Part shown: positions 14,819 to 15,564 of the stretch, one piece after another
How positions within the stretch are numbered: position 1 is the first letter of the stretch
How the letters are laid out: the number at the start of each line of letters is the position of its first letter
Source of the DNA: Anaerolineae bacterium
GTDB taxonomy: Bacteria > Chloroflexota > Anaerolineae > S140-20
DNA: 15,564 bases
NCBI GenBank assembly: GCA_027021705.1
Contig: JALUTT010000031.1
Span: 1 to 15,564, forward strand
Direction of reading: 5' to 3'
Notes under the pieces: model-generated
Databases searched by the model: none
The model's input: only the letters and a program-made list of their open reading frames with translations
Told to the model about the DNA's origin: nothing
Position numbers and translations under genes: made by a program

Positions 14819-15096
14819 CAGTCCGCAGTCCGCAGTCCACAGTCCACAGTCCTCAGTCCGTGGTCGGCGGTCAGCAGTCGGCGGTCTCACTTGGTCGCTT
14901 GCTCCTTGCCGCTTGGCCCTTGCCCCTTGCCGCTTGATCGGCGGTCGGCCTTCGGCGGTCCCGCTTGGTCGGGTAGTCACTTGGTCGCTTGGTCAAGTGG
15001 TCGGGTGGTCGGGTGGTCGCTTGGTCCTTACCGCTTGCCCCCTGCCGCTTGCCCCTTGCCACTTGCTCCTTGCCGCTTGGCCCCTGCCCCTTGCGC
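14817..15096 (+). repeat. Mosaic tandem array of degenerate 7-mers and 8-mers (~38 units)
   Basis: 10x nnYRGTC 7-mers (14817-14886), one 8-mer, 6x CTTGnnn, 3x GGCnnTC, 8x nnnTRGTC 8-mers (14963-15026), and 10x CYTGCCn-like 7-mers (15027-15096). Confidence 0.92.
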
Positions 15097-15119
15097 CGGG
15101 GGCGGGATGATGCTACAAT
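15091..15119 (+). promoter_or_regulatory. sigma70-type promoter for the Rpn-like gene
   Basis: TTGCGC (15091-15096), 17-nt spacer, TG-C-TACAAT extended -10 (15111-15119). Confidence 0.65.
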
Positions 15120-15170
15120 CCCCGGCACTGCCGATTCCAGGAGCGACACACCGACGAGAGGAGGAATGCC

Positions 15171-15564
15171 GTGGGCCGGGCGGACATCGGGAGCAAGTAC
15201 GTGCTGGCCGGCGAGCCGACGGAGTGGGCCCGCTGGCTGCTGGGAGACCAGACCATTTGGGTCGAGGAGCGGCTTTCGGGAGAGTTCCAGTTCCTGATGC
15301 GCCACAGCGATGAGGTGCTGCGGGCACGGGGGCGGGAAGGCCCCTTCGTCCTGGTGGTCGAGGTCCAACTGCGGGCGGACAAGCGGATGCCCCGGCGGAT
15401 GCAAGCCTACGCGGTGCTGGCCGAGGAGCGATACGATCTGCCGGCCTACCCGCTGGTGCTCTACCTGCTGCCGCCGGGGGAGGGGGTGCAACTGCCGGAG
15501 CGGTACCATCAGGAGTTTATGGGCTTGACGGCCCGTCGGGACTTCCAGGTGGTGCGGGTGTGGG
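15171..15564 (+). CDS. Rpn-family recombination-promoting nuclease/putative transposase (PD-(D/E)XK-like), truncated by the window end
   Basis: Manual translation from GTG 15171 after a GAGGAGG RBS gives MGRADIGSKYVLAGEPTEWARWL...SGEFQFLMRHSDEVL...VVEVQLRADKRMPRRMQAYAVLAEERYDLPAYPLVLYL...EFMGLTARRDFQVVRVW. The frame is open to the window end and is absent from the ORF track. Confidence 0.8.
   Translation, partial: MGRADIGSKYVLAGEPTEWARWLLGDQTIWVEERLSGEFQFLMRHSDEVLRARGREGPFVLVVEVQLRADKRMPRRMQAYAVLAEERYDLPAYPLVLYLLPPGEGVQLPERYHQEFMGLTARRDFQVVRVW

Noticed and set aside
14817..15096. Repeat array read as a CRISPR or as a coding region
   Set aside because: Units are 7-8 nt with no unique spacers and no cas genes nearby; the overlapping ORFs are low-complexity translations of the repeats.

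Overview
High-GC bacterial chromosomal window; the protein families and the repeat style suggest Chloroflexota/Anaerolineae (inference). In order: a possible degenerate mobile-element ORF; a membrane-anchored clan GH-A glycoside hydrolase; a yacL(PIN/TRAM)-cysS-rlmB housekeeping block; on the minus strand a multiheme cytochrome c fused to an FdnI-type cytochrome b, and a FabF with an N-terminal zinc ribbon; then a GntR/UTRA regulator, two divergent non-canonical carbamoyltransferases, carbamate kinase, a mosaic 7/8-mer repeat array and the start of an Rpn-family nuclease gene that the ORF track missed. The main observation is that the two minus-strand ORFs 8728-9099 and 6442-8709 are in the same frame and separated by a single TGA, which is followed by a bacterial SECIS-like hairpin. 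They probably encode one ~885-aa selenoprotein: signal peptide, OTR-like octaheme cytochrome c with Sec at GKY-U, and a quinone-interacting cytochrome b. Its promoter carries a CRP/FNR-type box at the class II position.
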